From: the human T2T-CHM13v2.0 reference genome, Homo sapiens
Assembly: GCF_009914755.1 (NCBI RefSeq)
Contig: NC_060927.1
DNA length: 64,000 nt
Direction: 5' to 3' (one strand)
The notes under the pieces were generated by a model. It did no database searches, had not been told where the DNA came from, and saw only the letters and a list, made by a program, of their open reading frames with translations. Positions 30,265 to 44,989 of the stretch are shown here, in pieces (positions within the stretch are counted from its first letter, which is position 1; every line of letters starts with the position of its first letter). A program made the translations under genes and the position numbers.

Positions 30265-31789
30265 CAATTTTAAATTAAATTTATTTATTTTGATTAATTA
30301 TTATTTATTTTAAATTTAAATTTCTGCTTTTCCTTATTATGAATATAGTACATTTTCATTGTATAAAGTTTAGATAATACTAAATAATATAAAAAGATAC
30401 AAAAAGTTACCTGTAATGCCACAACCGAGATACGACCACTAATATTTTTGAGTTTGCTTTCTTCTGATATTTTTTGTTCTTTTTGTTTCAACAGTTTCCC
30501 CTCAAGATTTTAAAAATACTGATTCTTTAGACATGTTTTTGCTAAGTGCTACCACCCATACCCCGAAATATGAATCCCACATACTGTATATCTGTTTACC
30601 TACTAGGGCCCTTTGGAGAACTACAAACCATTGTCATAGCTAAGAATTTTTTTGCCTTCACCCTGAACCAGTTTTTGCCTGTTGGGGGCTATATTGCCCC
30701 TGTTGAGCATGCATGTTTTAAAGTTAAAGATTTTTTTTTAATTGTAAAAATTTAAAGAATACAGGATGTATAAATAACTGGTATTTTCTATGAGCATATA
30801 AATTAAACAAGTAGGCACATATTACATAGGCAGTCTTGTAGCTTAGGCCTCGCTTAGTTTTATATTGTGATTTCTCTATGTTATTAAAATTATTCCCATG
30901 GATAGGCTATATTTATTTACTCAATCCCCTATTGATGAACATTCAGGTTATTTTAAAGTTTTTGTTATCATAAATAAAACTACGGTGAAAGCCTTATGCA
31001 CAAATCTTTGCTGCATGTACTTATTACCTTAGGATAGACTCCCAGAGGGATTTATTAGGTTAAAGGTTATGAGCTATTTTTAAGCCCTTGAAATGTGTAG
31101 CTAAATTGTTTTTGAGAAAAATTTGTCCAATTTAAACTCTCATCTGAAGTATCTGAGAGATGTTATTTGTTGCAATTTTACTTGCATAGATTGTCATAAA
31201 ATCTTTTAAATTTGATAGATACAAATAAGCTAGTGTGTTGATGATGTTACTAAGGTTTAAGAGTAGATCAAGTGGAGGCCTTCAGTCTCCATAGGTGCTT
31301 AGAAGGACAAAATGCCCCATCAAAAGCCACAGGGTGTGACTGGCTTATGTGGGGTTAGTGTGGGTATGGGGTTCTGGGAGTAAGGGGCTATGGAGCTCAG
31401 GCAGACCTCGGGGGCACGAGTTACAGCCCAGAGTCTGATGATCTGAATCAATGTCCTGTGTTCTCACTTAGCTATGATTTCCTTGTGGAAAAGACAGTTA
31501 CTTTTAATGAGATGGTTGTTCTAATTTTATGAGATTGCCTGGCCCATTGAGGGACAGAGTATTTGGAGGAGAGAGACATTTTAATGACTATGTAGATTGC
31601 AGATCTACTAAAATCGGAGACTATTCGTCATCACATCCCCAGTACTTAGTGTAAGAGTAGATACTCAATAAATATTTGTTGCATTAGCAAAATATCATGA
31701 ATGCTATCCAGAACTGAATATTATTGAGACTTCCTCCGCCACAAAATAATAATATATACTTATCTATATATAGTTTTTCTTTTATTCTT

Positions 31790-32675
31790 TTAATTAATTA
31801 ATTAATTTTTAATTTTTGTGGGTACCTAATAGGTATATGTATTTATGGGGTACATGAGATATTTTGATACAGGCATACAGGCATACACGTATGTGATGTG
31901 TGTAACAGTCACATCAGGGTAAATGGGATATCATCACCTCAAGCATGTATCCTTTTTTTGTGTTATAAAGAATCCAATTATACTGTTTTAGTTATTTTAA
32001 AAGGTACAATAAATTATTGTTGAGTGTAGTCACCCAATATGCTATAAAATACTAGATTTTGTTCATTCTATGTAACTATGTTTTTGTACCCATTAACCAT
32101 CCCCAGTTCCCTACCCCCCTCCCCTGCCCATTACCCTTCCCAGCCTCTGGTAACCATCATTCTACCCTCCATTCACATGAGTTCATTTGTTTTAAATTTA
32201 GCTCCCACAAACAAGTGAGAACATATGAAGTCTGTCTTTCTGTGCCTGGCTTATTTTACTTAACATAATGACCTCCAATTCCATCCATGTTGTTATAAAT
32301 GACAGGATGCCATTCTTTTTTATGGCTGAATGGTACTCCATTGTATATATGTACCACATTTTCTTTTCTTTTCTTTTTTTTTTTTTTAAGACAGGGTCTC
32401 ATTCTGTTGTCCAGGCTGTGTACTGACACCATCACAGCTCACTGCAGCCTTGACCTCCTGGGGTTGAAGTGATCCTCCCACCTCAGCCTCCTGAGTAGCT
32501 GGGGACTACAGGCGTAGTCCCCTATAGTCTCCTGTAGAACTGTAGAACTACAGTTCTTTCTTTTTTTTTTTTGGTAGAGACAGGGTCTCACTCTGTTGTT
32601 CAGGCTCACATTGTTTTTTATCCATTTGTCTGTTGATGGACACTTAGGTTGCTTCTATATCTTGGCTATTGTGAT
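31790..32675 (-). mobile_element. L1M(A) 3' fragment interrupted by a rearranged AluJ-like element (about 32360-32607)
   Basis: Reverse L1M 3' UTR motifs (ggtacatgagatattttgatacaggcata, gatggacacttaggttgcttc) flank the Alu sequence. Confidence 0.85.
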
Positions 32676-33384
32676 ATATGCTCTTTTAGGTAAGAAAGTT
32701 CCACATTTTTCTTTCAAGTCATTTACACTTATTCCTCAGTGTTCCCCCCAACCCCACCAAGTGTTTTTAAATGCATAAATCCTAGAGCAACTGGGACTTC
32801 ATGAGTGATTTGGCTGGTTGTTCACTGTACTTGTGCATTTGCTGGGGCTCCTATCAGGGGAGTACCTCTAAGGAATCCTCTTGGGACTTTACCTGGTTGT
32901 GTGAGAGCATCTTTTCCACAGAGTTTCTTTGCTGGCTATATAATGACCACCTGTGAAATATAGCCCCAAGTCTCCACTTCATTCCCATGCCACTGGTATC
33001 ACTTCTGTTGTTGGTAAATCAACAGCACTCACATGACTGGCTGACAAGAGTATTGTGACATTAGACCAATTCTTGTTCCAACCCACCCTCAGTGTCAGCT
33101 AGTTCAGTAACTGGCTAGCAGTCAGGATCCAAGCTCTGGTCAGCTGCCAAACTGTCTGTCTGAACACCGATAAAAATAAGAGCATTTCATTCCAACTTGG
33201 CTGCCTTCACACGTTGGATAATTACGTTGTCTCATTCTATCAGAATTTCTTCTAGGTCAGATTGACATTAAATTGTCTTTTTAATTACTGTGTTTTTGAC
33301 AGAATAGCTATTGACTAATCTATAAAATATGATCCAAAAAGGTGGAGAAAAGTAGTCAGCATGTATAGGAACAGAATTGGTTAC

Positions 33385-33501
33385 CTTCTCACTAGCCGAG
33401 ATGGTTACTTGGTTCTGGGCTTCTTGGTTCTCAGATATCCAGTTCCTCCGAGCCATTTCTTCCCATTCTGCTTGCATCTTATCCCAAAACTCTGTATCTG
33501 A
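33385..33501 (-). CDS. PEX5L: PEX5L coding exon (117 nt, phase 0/0), first exon in window: SDTEFWDKMQAEWEEMARRNWISENQEAQNQVTISASEK
   Basis: Acceptor ...cctgtctcccag|TCAGAT and donor AAG|gtaacc. The peptide matches the TRIP8b core segment that binds the HCN-channel cyclic-nucleotide-binding domain. It lies inside ORF 33268..33543. Confidence 0.96.
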
Positions 33502-36500
33502 CTGGGAGACAGGAAAAATGAATGGAGATGGATTTAAGAACATGCCACATCATCTGTGTTTTTCTTCCCCCCCTAATAGATAAAAGAGGCTTCTGGGGAG
33601 GAATAAAATGGCTGATGACATCCAACTGATAGGCGTGGCTGAAGAGCTTCTGGAGGGTACTCACTGGTCAGAGTGTTGAAGTGGATTAGCTGTGGTTTTC
33701 TCCAGCAGGAAAATAACTACCATCAGAAAGACCAGGACCACATATGCCAAATTCAGCTAAAAACCCACTAGTTATGTACAGTTTCATGTGTGGGCACTAG
33801 GCTACATTTTAGGAAGGGCAGTCTCTCCCAGAATTGCTCCTAGCATATAAAGAATTAGAGCAACTGCTTTGGGACTGGCTGAGCAGTGACTTGGGAGGAC
33901 AGCCAGGTATGGACAAGAGAATGAAACATTAGTTGATCCTACTCTGTGTCAAGCACTGTGCCAGCAGAAAACAGAGCCTGGAGGGTTATGGTCCCAAAGC
34001 TAGGACTCACAGGATCCGAACCTCATCTGCCTTCCAAGCCCACACTTGTAAGCTTATGGCAAACTTGGTCTGCTGGTGCTAAAGAATGAGGGACCCTGGT
34101 GTGAACCTGACTGAATCCTCTTCAAGGACTTTTATGTGGCAGGATTTTTTGAAAAATGCTACTTTGTTTTTGTTTCCTTGTAGTTTCCCACACATCTTCG
34201 GTAAGGGAAATCAGGCTGTTTACTCTTCTTTACTTCAAGGGAGGTGTGTGTTCCTAGACTGAAGAAGATTTTTGCTGCAAGAGCTGTCCCTGGTTGACTC
34301 CTATTTTATTAAGCCTGAAGAGAGTTCTTTGGGTGGCCCAAGGGGCAGGAGGAAGAAGCAAACATCTTAAAGAATTTAAGAGAGACAGAATTTTCCAGGG
34401 GTAGGGAAAGAGATGGAGGGTGGCAGGTTCTGATTAGTGGGAGACTGGTGCTCAGTTTTTAGCTATTTCCCAGGCAAACGAGCTTGATATCAGAGAGGAG
34501 GACTGTGGATATATAAAGAAGGCTCACTTGAACCCCTGTTCTCACATGGCCGGGAAATAGAAAGTGAATTTCAAGGAACCACTTTGGCCTTGGATAGCTG
34601 TTAGTGGTCACCATGACAGCCAGAAGCGGCGGGGCGGCGGGTGGGGGAGACTCTGTCCTTGTTTTCTGACACTACATAAGCCTTCCATATTTCATATTTC
34701 ATGCCCTAGAGTAAGTTCTCTACCAGCCTGCTAAGAGAGACACTTGGAAACCACTTTATTTTCTTTAAACAAACAAACAAAACAATGAGTATTCCTTGAA
34801 CACCTGAATCTGGGACTGAAATTCATACTCTTTACAAATTGCAAATCTCAGTGTCTATGATTCGAAATCCTGTGACTTGTTGATATACCATCACACTGAC
34901 TTGAGGTTAACCTTCACCTTTTAATCTTCTGGTCTGCCTGGGCTGTGGCTGCCCTGAAGCAAGAACTCTTCTTCAGAGTTGCTTTGAGTGGTAATTATAA
35001 TCTTATTTCTTTTAGATACAAATGTTCATGGAATAAGAACCAGCCCAATGTGATAATCCCAGGCTACTAAATAGTAGCTCTTGCTCTTGCTTTATTATGT
35101 CCAGAATTCTCATTCCTCTCACAGAAACGGGTTCTGCCCCTTTGGCAAAGGCCTCCTCTCAACAAGGCAGCAGGCATCTTGATAATCTATGTCCATGATG
35201 CTGGAAGCACATGGAATGGCTACTAGGTATCCAGGTTCAGCTCAGAAATAAAAATCAAAATTTATTTTTAATGGCTTTTTCTAGTAGAATAACACATTGT
35301 GCAAACAGAATGATCTCAAATATACAATAGCAATGGCTAGATAAAAGACTAGGAAGAAATATGCCACCATGTTAATAGAAATGTGCCTTTGAATGAAGAA
35401 ATAATGAGGGATGTTTTTCCTGCCTCTTCATACTTTTCCTACTTTCTGAATTTTCTATGATGAGCATACTTTGCTTTTATAATTAAAAAATAAGGTTAAA
35501 CAACAAAACAAAAATATCTTTCCTTTTTTTAATACCACAAAACCTGAATTATTAGATACTAAAAACTTTGGAAAATATTTGGGGTAATTCATTTTTTAAA
35601 TAGCTTTTCAAAGATGCAGGTTTAACCTGTCTGCAGTAGAAGGAAAGACAAATCTATCAAGTGAATTTTACAATGTTTGCTGACTTTCCCAGACTCCCAT
35701 TGGGTGATACGAGAGGCCAATGACTGCATATACTTTCCAAGGCAAATACATTCATCTAGTGAGAGTCCTTGGAATTTAAAGCATATTACAAGTCTTCTGC
35801 ATGAAAGAGAAGGATTTGATAATGTGTACATCTGAGTTACCAAAGGATGCATTACCTTTGTTGCAGCTTGAAATTAGAGCAGTAGATACATAAATAAGGC
35901 TGCTTTGGAAAACCGAGAGAACCTCAGCTGAGGTAGAGCTGCTGGGCTCTCACTTAATGAGATACACCAGAACTCACTGTTACCACTTAAAATGAGTTAC
36001 TGCTGACTAATTAAAGTGCAGAGCACAGTTTTCATTTAATTACAGAAGACTACTTTTAGTATAATCAATTTTCATCCTGTTGCAGAATCCAGACTTCATT
36101 CACGTAGCTACAATTAACGCTGCTTCCTCTCACTATTTTAAATGAATTTTAGAGAAACCTGAAACATATCTGAATTTTAAAGACCTTCGACATAACTGAG
36201 GGGATTTTATTTATTGATGATTTTCTTAGCTCTTCTGGGATTTTGGTAGATTGCTGTTTATACTCTGTGTAACAAGCTATCTGCTTATATCAGAAATGAG
36301 CTATTATTTGCCATCCATATCCATGTCTAAGAATAGTTCTCTGATGATAAAATATAGTACATACTCATAAAAACATTGGGATATGCAGCATGGTGGTTAA
36401 GAATAGCAGCTTTCCCCTTGGATGGACCTGGGTCAAATTCTTGTTCCATCATTGCCCTTTTGTGAATCTCTTAATATTTCTAAGTCTTATTTTCCTTATA

Positions 36501-37929
36501 TTTAAAATGAAGATATAATAGCAATTTTGGTTAGTTGTTATGACAACTAAATGAGAAAATGCATCCGTGGCATAAAGTTCATGGTAGGTGCTCAAAAAAA
36601 GTAAGTGTTCTTGCTAGTGTCTTTGTAGTATTGAGAAAAATATAGAGAATAAAACAAAAATCACGCACAATCGCAAAGCTCAAATATAAAAGCTGTGCAT
36701 AGTTTGGTGTTTTCATCTGCTGTAAAAACATATTCTTCTTCTAGACATCTTCCTTCTCTTCATTTAAATCTTTCCCTTCCATCTAATTACTCAAAAATAA
36801 GATCAAGGTTAAGAAAATTATGGTAAAACCTCTATAATGGACTGTTACGCAGCAATTAAAATGATGTTTATGAATAGTTTATTATAATATTGAATAGTTC
36901 TTGAGTTATAATGTTTCTTGCTAAGTAGTATAATCACAATAACAGAAAAACAACCACAATAATGATTTGGGGGAGAAAAGACTAGAGAAAGGCGCTGTAT
37001 AACTCTTTTATGGGATGAGGTTATTAGTAATTTATCCCATCAGTTTTTAATGTACTTTTTACCATTTTCCAAATTTTCTATTGCTAGCATACGTTATTTT
37101 GGTGGAAAAGTAAGATTCGGTTTAAAAAAATGCTTACTTCTTTTCAATTTCAGTTTCTCCATGATGTTTTCTTCAACATTCCCACACTAGAGCAATCTTT
37201 TGCCTCTGAATTCCTTCATCATTGATATTCTGTGTTAGTGGTTTGAAAGAAGAAAGATGTGTGCTTGAATTTGAGCAAGTCACTTTAACTCATCTGTAAG
37301 TTATTTTTCCTCATTTGTAAAGTGAGAAGATTGGGTTCATTAGATAGCAGCTCAGGCATCTTTGTCTACATGGATTGACTCAGATCAGAATAAGGCAGAA
37401 GGAAGATCTTAGCACAGAATCACATTTTTTTTTAAAGGGGCCTTCTAGTCTATTTAATAATCTCCAAAAATTATACTTTAAAATGTTTTCCCAAAAGTAC
37501 ATTGGACGTTATTTTCCTTCACTTTTTTGATTGTAAAACTGGAAAACAAAATTTTTTTATAAGAACCAGGGCAATATTAATTAAATATTAATTATATTAA
37601 GATATGAAGAATAAGAAAAGAAGCAATTTATTTTAGAACAGGAAAGTTTAAGGGATGGCAGCATATTATCAATTCCAATTCACCAGTTTATTTTAGTCAT
37701 CTAGTTAACATAGAGCTACTTTTGATTTTGTGGTCAAATGTAATTGTCAGTTAGAAAGATCCTGGGGTTGTGCTGTAAAGGAACTAATCAATGTGAGATT
37801 AAGTGCCAATTCTTCCTGGGAGGAGTCTGGATTTCTTTTTGCCTCTTTAGACTTCCATTGATTAACTGTCACTGGATCAAAACTTGAGAAAACCAAACCA
37901 AACCAAACCAATCCAAACAGCTCTGCCTA

Positions 37930-38252
<323 letters not shown>

Positions 38253-40604
38253 AGCAGTACTTCTTTTACATGACAAGGAATGAAAACCACTATGCAAGTT
38301 TGGATTAAAAATTTGCCCCAACAAACAATTTTGCTGAAGTGAAATTATGTGCATATCAATGTGGGGCTTCACTGCCCTGGGGTCCAGTAGTCCAGGCTGG
38401 CCAACGGTAACTGAGTGTTTCTACTCACCATATTTCCTGTTGAGTAAGAGCTCAATACTAGTTGAAGATTTTATGTGGCTGCCCAAAGAACATATTCAAC
38501 CCAGAGCTACATCACAGATGTGCAGTGTTCTCATGGAGGATGGGATAGAATTTCAATTGGTCAGAATTAGTTTGAGCTCTTAGTATGGTGCTGGGTGTCC
38601 CATGTAGTGGTCTCATTGACAAACTGGAATCTCTTCAGGCATGAGTGACCTTGGGCAGGAGTAACCCTGCTGATGAAGAATGGGTAAAGGAGCAACTCAC
38701 CTGCTAACACAATCATCAGGGGGATGCTGAGAGCTGAGCAAACCAGCCCAGCTTTGTTTTGCAGATGGCAGAACCAGGATAAATGAAAGGCAATTCCAGG
38801 GGGACAAATTTTTATCAAATGCAATACAAAACTGCCTGAAAATGAAATGGGCTCCTCAACCTTAGAAGTCTTCAGGGATGGAATGACCAATGTGAGGAGT
38901 GCTGTAAAGATGATTCACAAATCAGATGGAGGTTTGACCCAAAGAATTCTTTGGTCTCTAACAACTGTGAGTGTCTCTGGTTGCAATGTTATTAATGAAT
39001 TGATTTACTGAGCCAAACGGGAAGGCTCAAAATTAATCAAATCTCTGTGAGATAAACATGGATCTGTCATGCATTCCCCTTTCTCAATCTAAACAGTATA
39101 GGTCTCAATATTGGTGGGGGTATGCTGGAAAAAAAAAAGGAGTTAAATTTTAAAAAGAAATGAACAGTGTATGGAGGAAAACAGATGGGCTTTGGCCTCA
39201 GGTAAAACAGGCTGTAATTCTGGCTAGGCTCCTTGTCACGTGACCTTATGCAACTTAGTTCACCTCTTTAACTCAGTTTCTTCATCTGTAAATTGTAAAA
39301 AATCTCTTAAGAGTAAGCGTTAAGCGAAACAATGTATGTGAAGTGCTTAGAACTTGTAACATCTAAGAGCTAAGGAATCAGCAGTTAATGCTATTTTATT
39401 GCTTGGAAATGAAAAATAATATTTCCCAGGATACAGACGGAATGCAATCTTATAAACTATGTGAATTGTGTGGTTCAGAAGTATGGCAAAACAAAAATAT
39501 TGGTACTAGCACTCAGATTTTTCTAGTGACGGAGTCAGCCATCACTCCAGATGCTGGCAGGCACCTGGACAAACAGCCCGAGGCTCTCACCAAGCAATGT
39601 GCCAGCAGGGTAGCTGCAGAAATGTGGGGAGGAAAGACTGGAAATGATGGGAAGGGGAGGAATGAGCACAGGAGGCTGGAAATAAACAATATAAGGTTCA
39701 AGAAGTTTGGTAGAAGGAAATCAAGAGCCATTTCTAACAGAGGAAATCCTAGATAGTGTTCTGTTATTTCCTTTCTCTTCCTCCTTACCCAGCAAGAGGG
39801 CAAACAGAAATGGAATATTAAAGAACAAAGAGCAAAGTATGTTGTCTAAATAGGAAGGGGTCACTTTTGAAAGGCTTTTAGCATATTCATTAGCAAACGA
39901 ATGTCTTTGCAGAACTGGAATTTCACATGATTATATCTGTGTTCTTGGCTCCTGTGGTATTTGCCTTCACAAAAAAAGAACTGCTGTTAATGTGCAATGG
40001 AATATGCTGAAGCTTTCTGTGCTTCAGGCATAAGGTTTTGCAGGGCCAGTTTCTCAGTGGCTGTTTTTTATTGCAGCAAGTAGGGGCTGGTGACTAGGGC
40101 TCCTTTACCATGGGCATGAGGAGATGGGGACATGTAGACATGGGCAGAGGGTCTTGGGGTTTGAATCTTGTCTGTGTTCCGTATGATAACAGGTTATGTG
40201 ATGAAAAAAGCCAGCAGTGAACTAGAGGAGTGGGAGTCAGTTCCTGAATGGGTTTCTTTTTCTTTAGACATGTTTACAAGTCATGAAAACTCACCAGGAA
40301 GCTCTCTACTTGTTTTAAAAAATAAAGTATTACACATGTTTACTAAGCCTAAACTACATGTTTGTCACTGTGCATTGCATTATGAAAATATTTAGGAAAT
40401 GAAACAAGCCAGAACAAAAATATCTAGATGTGGATGCTACCCTCAAGAAGCTCAGTGCCTAATGATAAAATAAAAATAGTGGTAACTGTAATTCAGGACA
40501 GGGTGAACAATAAAATGCAAAAAGAGATGAAGTTACTTGCTCAGTCTCACACTATCATTGGTAAATGATACAACCAGAAATCAAAATACTTCATTCTTTT
40601 CTTT

Positions 40605-41146
40605 GATAGTCGATTGCTTCTTCCCCAAATGGCTACAGCAGTTTTTCTGGCTCCCATCTCTCCAGAACCTTGTCTCACTTCATTAAGAGTTTGTCTATTG
40701 CTCTGTCTTTGAATGCCTGCCTTGACAAATAGAACACAATGGGAATACCCGGGCGTGACTTTTGAGGCTAGGCCCTAAAAGGTGATACAGTTTCTGCCTA
40801 CCTCTTCCTGAGGACACTCACCCTTGGAATCTAGCTACCACCTTGCAAAGAAGCCCAAGCCTCAAAGGCCCCATGGAGGTGTTCCAGCCATCAGTCTCAG
40901 GGATGTCTCGAGTAACTACAAGCATAATCCATCCAAGAATCTGTTTGTGAGTGAGTGTGCCTTCAGATGATTCCAGCCTTCTACCCTCATCTTCAGCTTT
41001 CAAGCCACTCTGACACCTTGTGGAACAAAGATGAACCATCCTCTCTGAGCCCTACCCAAATTACAGAGTTTTGGGCAAAACAAATATTGTTGTTTTAAGC
41101 CACAGGTGTTGGAGTAATATGCTACACAGCCATAGTAATTGGAACA
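40605..41146 (+). mobile_element. MaLR LTR (MLT1G/H-like)
   Basis: Ends ttgttgttttaagccac...gctacacagccatagtaattggaaca. Confidence 0.75.
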
Positions 41147-41379
41147 TCTTTTACTACTTTAGGCCAGAGGACTGGAGTGGGGGAGGAAGATGAGGCTTAG
41201 AGAAGGGACTTTACTCTGGAGGCTTCTTTGAAGGGTTGGTAGGCCAACGAAATGTGTTAGTATCTCCCAAAAGACTGTTCTAGGAACAGAGTTCTGTGGC
41301 CAAATGAGCTTCAGCTACTTTAGGTTAAGCTAAAGGCTGCAAATTGGTAGCCTACAGGTCAGATCTGACAGAAAATTCA

Positions 41380-41842
41380 GTGACCAAACTTTAGTCAATC
41401 TCCCCCCAGCCCTTTTCTCAACTAGGCTTCAATCCCAGGTTTCCATATCTGTCCTTGTGAAGTCTAGTTTTAGCAAGAATCCTGCTAAATCAGTCTAGAC
41501 AGAATTCCTCTCTTGATATCTGATTGCCTCTACATCTGACCAAATTTTTCATTCCCACCATCCCCCAGGTGATGTCTGATCACCTGGCCTGCCTTCAGCA
41601 AAAATCCTAAAAAGGTAGGTTCAACCAGAATCCCCCCAACCCCTGATGTCTCTTCTTAGTAATTTCCCATTCACTGATACCCACCCTTCTTTGGCTGGAT
41701 CCCTGCTTGTCCATGCTGTATTCGGAACTGAGCCCAGTTCTATGCTGAGGTCTTCCTCCCCCTGGCACCCACTGCAATAGTTCCTGAGTAAAATCTGCTT
41801 TTACTGCTTTAACGACTGTATGTCTCTGGTTTTCCTTAGCAG
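41380..41842 (+). mobile_element. ERV1 solo LTR (MER31-like) inside a hAT MITE remnant (about 41330-42060)
   Basis: Motifs ttttagcaagaatcctgctaaatcagt and cccccaggtgatgtctgatcacctggcctgccttcagc. Confidence 0.7.
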
Positions 41843-42183
41843 ATCTAGCCAAGATACATGTTTTCTCCCTTCTCATCCTGGATGAGAAATTTCACATGAA
41901 AACCCAGATTTCAGACATTTTGTGAAGATCTGTTAATACAAGACCCACATTTCTAGAAGCAGCAACTTTCAGATGCTGCATGTAGTCTCTGCCACAGTCA
42001 GCACCAGGTCCATACCTTTACCTGCCTGGCCCTGTAGCCAACTGAGTTTGCAATTTCTGGACATAAGGAAACAGGTTCCTGACTGTGTAACTTCCCAGGA
42101 TCTTCATATGTTAATGTATATTTTAAATCTCTGAGAGGGGTATGTGAGCAGCAGTCTCCTAAATGTATTTTACCTTTAACTAT

Positions 42184-42215
<32 letters not shown>

Positions 42216-43298
42216 TTAGGGTTCTCTAGAAAATGTTGAGATAAAGCCTTAGTGTATGAGCATCTAAAGTTCCACAAAAACAGAGACCTTTGGTGGGCTA
42301 ATTTTTGTGTATCCTGCGACCAGCTTTCAGGAATAAGAGTCTATGACATAGTTTGTTTTACGTGATTGCTTCCAGTGAAACTCATCTCCAATTAGCCAGC
42401 AGGTTTTCTCATCCTCACATCTGCTGTGTGAATCAGAATTCTTCAAGATTTTGTTGCTGTTATTATTCTAGAAAGGGAAATGAAACCCAGAATGTGGAGA
42501 AAAGAATTAAAATAATTTTTGGTGTGTTTTTGAGAAGAACACTCATTTGACATATTCATCTTCTCAATACTAACCAGTAATTTAAAATGACCTTTGAAAC
42601 TGCATATAATTATGTATACAGAGTAGACAAAGACTGGAAGAAACATGAAAAAATGAAAACAGTTAATTTATTAGTCTAGTGGGATTGCTGGGGAGTTTCT
42701 GACCTCTCCAAACCTTTTCCAATTTCCTTTACTATTTTTGCTTTTCTCTGGACTGTTTCAGTTGATGCTGCCATACTATAGTTGTTTTCAAAACTTCTGA
42801 AGTAAGAGAAATTCTCTGATAAAGAAATTGTTTTCTGATGACCAAAAACTTTTAAGTTCTGTGGTTGGTTCAGGGCCTGCAAAATTAATAGCACCAAACA
42901 GTGCTTTATATTGGGAACAGTGATTAAGAGCAGGAATCTTGGGGTTAGATCAGGTTAGAATCTCAGTACTTAATGGTGGTGTGACCTTGGACAAGTTACT
43001 GAATGTCTCAATGTCCCAGTTTCTCCACCTTAAAATGGGAGTAACACTTTGCTGATAGGGCTGTTGTGAGCACTGAGTGAGATGAAGGAATGTAAAGTAC
43101 TTGGCTTAGAACACAGAAAGTGCCCACCCGGGGGCGGCATTTATAGCTACAACTAAGCAACCTTATGTCTAGGAATGAACGGGTTCTTTTCTCCCGTTTT
43201 CCTTTGATGCAGGCAAACGTCAACAGAGGGATTAGTTTAGATGCATTTTCCTTTGTAATATTTTCCTTGGTGATAAATAATTTAAACTTGCTATATCT

Positions 43299-43643
<345 letters not shown>

Positions 43644-44557
43644 TAGATACTACCTTTTACTTTGTGGAAATAGTATTTTCCTCTCATTCTTTCAGAATAT
43701 TTGGAGGGGGGAAAAATCCTGTTTCATTTTGGCAGAGAAAGTCCAATTTAAAAAATCACTTATATTGTATTGATCATATTGCCCTGATATTCTGATTTCC
43801 TCCCCCGCCCCCCCCCTTTTTTTTATGACTACCTGATTGTCAAAATGGTTGACCAAATGTAAAGACAAAGTCTGGATCTGGCTTCTTATCTTACGAGGCT
43901 ATTGGGTAGGAAAATGGTTGAAGCTGCTTTGACGCTGAAATCAAACTGGCTGACTCAACAGCAAGGCAAGGATTCTGAAAAGCTGGAGGGAGCTTCCAGC
44001 CATGGATCTGGTGCTGGTGGCATCACGTGGGAAGGTGAATGTGTCTGTGTTACCTTGAGCTAATATACAGCTATTCGTGCCTAATGTGGAGCTAGGTAGT
44101 TTCTGTTATACCCACCAATGCCTCAAAAAATTCCAGATGGCCAAAATCATCCCATATTTTCCTGGTGTATTGATTTATTGGCCTATGAGGATTAATTTGG
44201 ACAGGACTAGAGAAATATTTTCTCTTCCAAGGATACTAGGCATTTGATCTAGCTTCTTGGCAGCAGCTGCCTCATTCCTGGTATCAAAACAAAGAGAGGC
44301 TCCCCAAAAATGCCAGGCCAGAGACTCTACTGGCCAGAGAAAAAACCCCACTCTCTGAGAACTGTTTTCCACAGATCCTGACAGACAAAGGGGAGGAGAC
44401 TCTAGATGGACTGACATTCCTCCATTTTCAGTCACTTGCCTGTATTAGCAAGATTTGCTAGACTTTAACAAATGATATATATCTGCATTCATCTCGGGGC
44501 TATTATGTAAGTAAGATCACATTTGGAAAGCAGGTCTACCATTTTAAAAAGAAATAT

Positions 44558-44857
44558 GGCTGGGCACGGTGGCTCACGCCTGTAATCCCATCACTTTGGG
44601 AGACTGAGGCAGGTGGATAATGAGGTCAGGAGTTCAAGACCAGCCTGGCCAAGATAGTGAAACCCATCTCTACTAAAAATACAAAAATTAGCCGGGCATG
44701 GTGGCGGGTGCCTGTAATCCCAGCTACTCGGGAGGCTGAGGCAGAGAATTGCTTGAACCCAGGAGGCAGAGGTTGCAGTGAGCTGAGATTGCACCAGTCC
44801 ACTCCAACTCCAGCCTGGGTGACAGGGCGAGACTCTGTCTAAAAAAAAAAAAAAAAA
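44558..44857 (+). mobile_element. AluS
   Basis: Full Alu consensus. Confidence 0.94.
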
Positions 44858-44989
44858 CCTACAAGACCGCAGTGCTTTTCTAATGTCTTTATAAGATAGA
44901 TTTTTTAAAAATATGGAACCTCTTTGAAGTAATTCATAAAATTTGAAGGGTAGCATCTTCTCAAAGTAATCATATTACACTTTCACATT

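Noticed and set aside
43951-43957. Scattered AP-1 TGACTCA/TGAGTCA motifs
   Set aside because: The number seen is about what chance gives in 64 kb, with no clustering.
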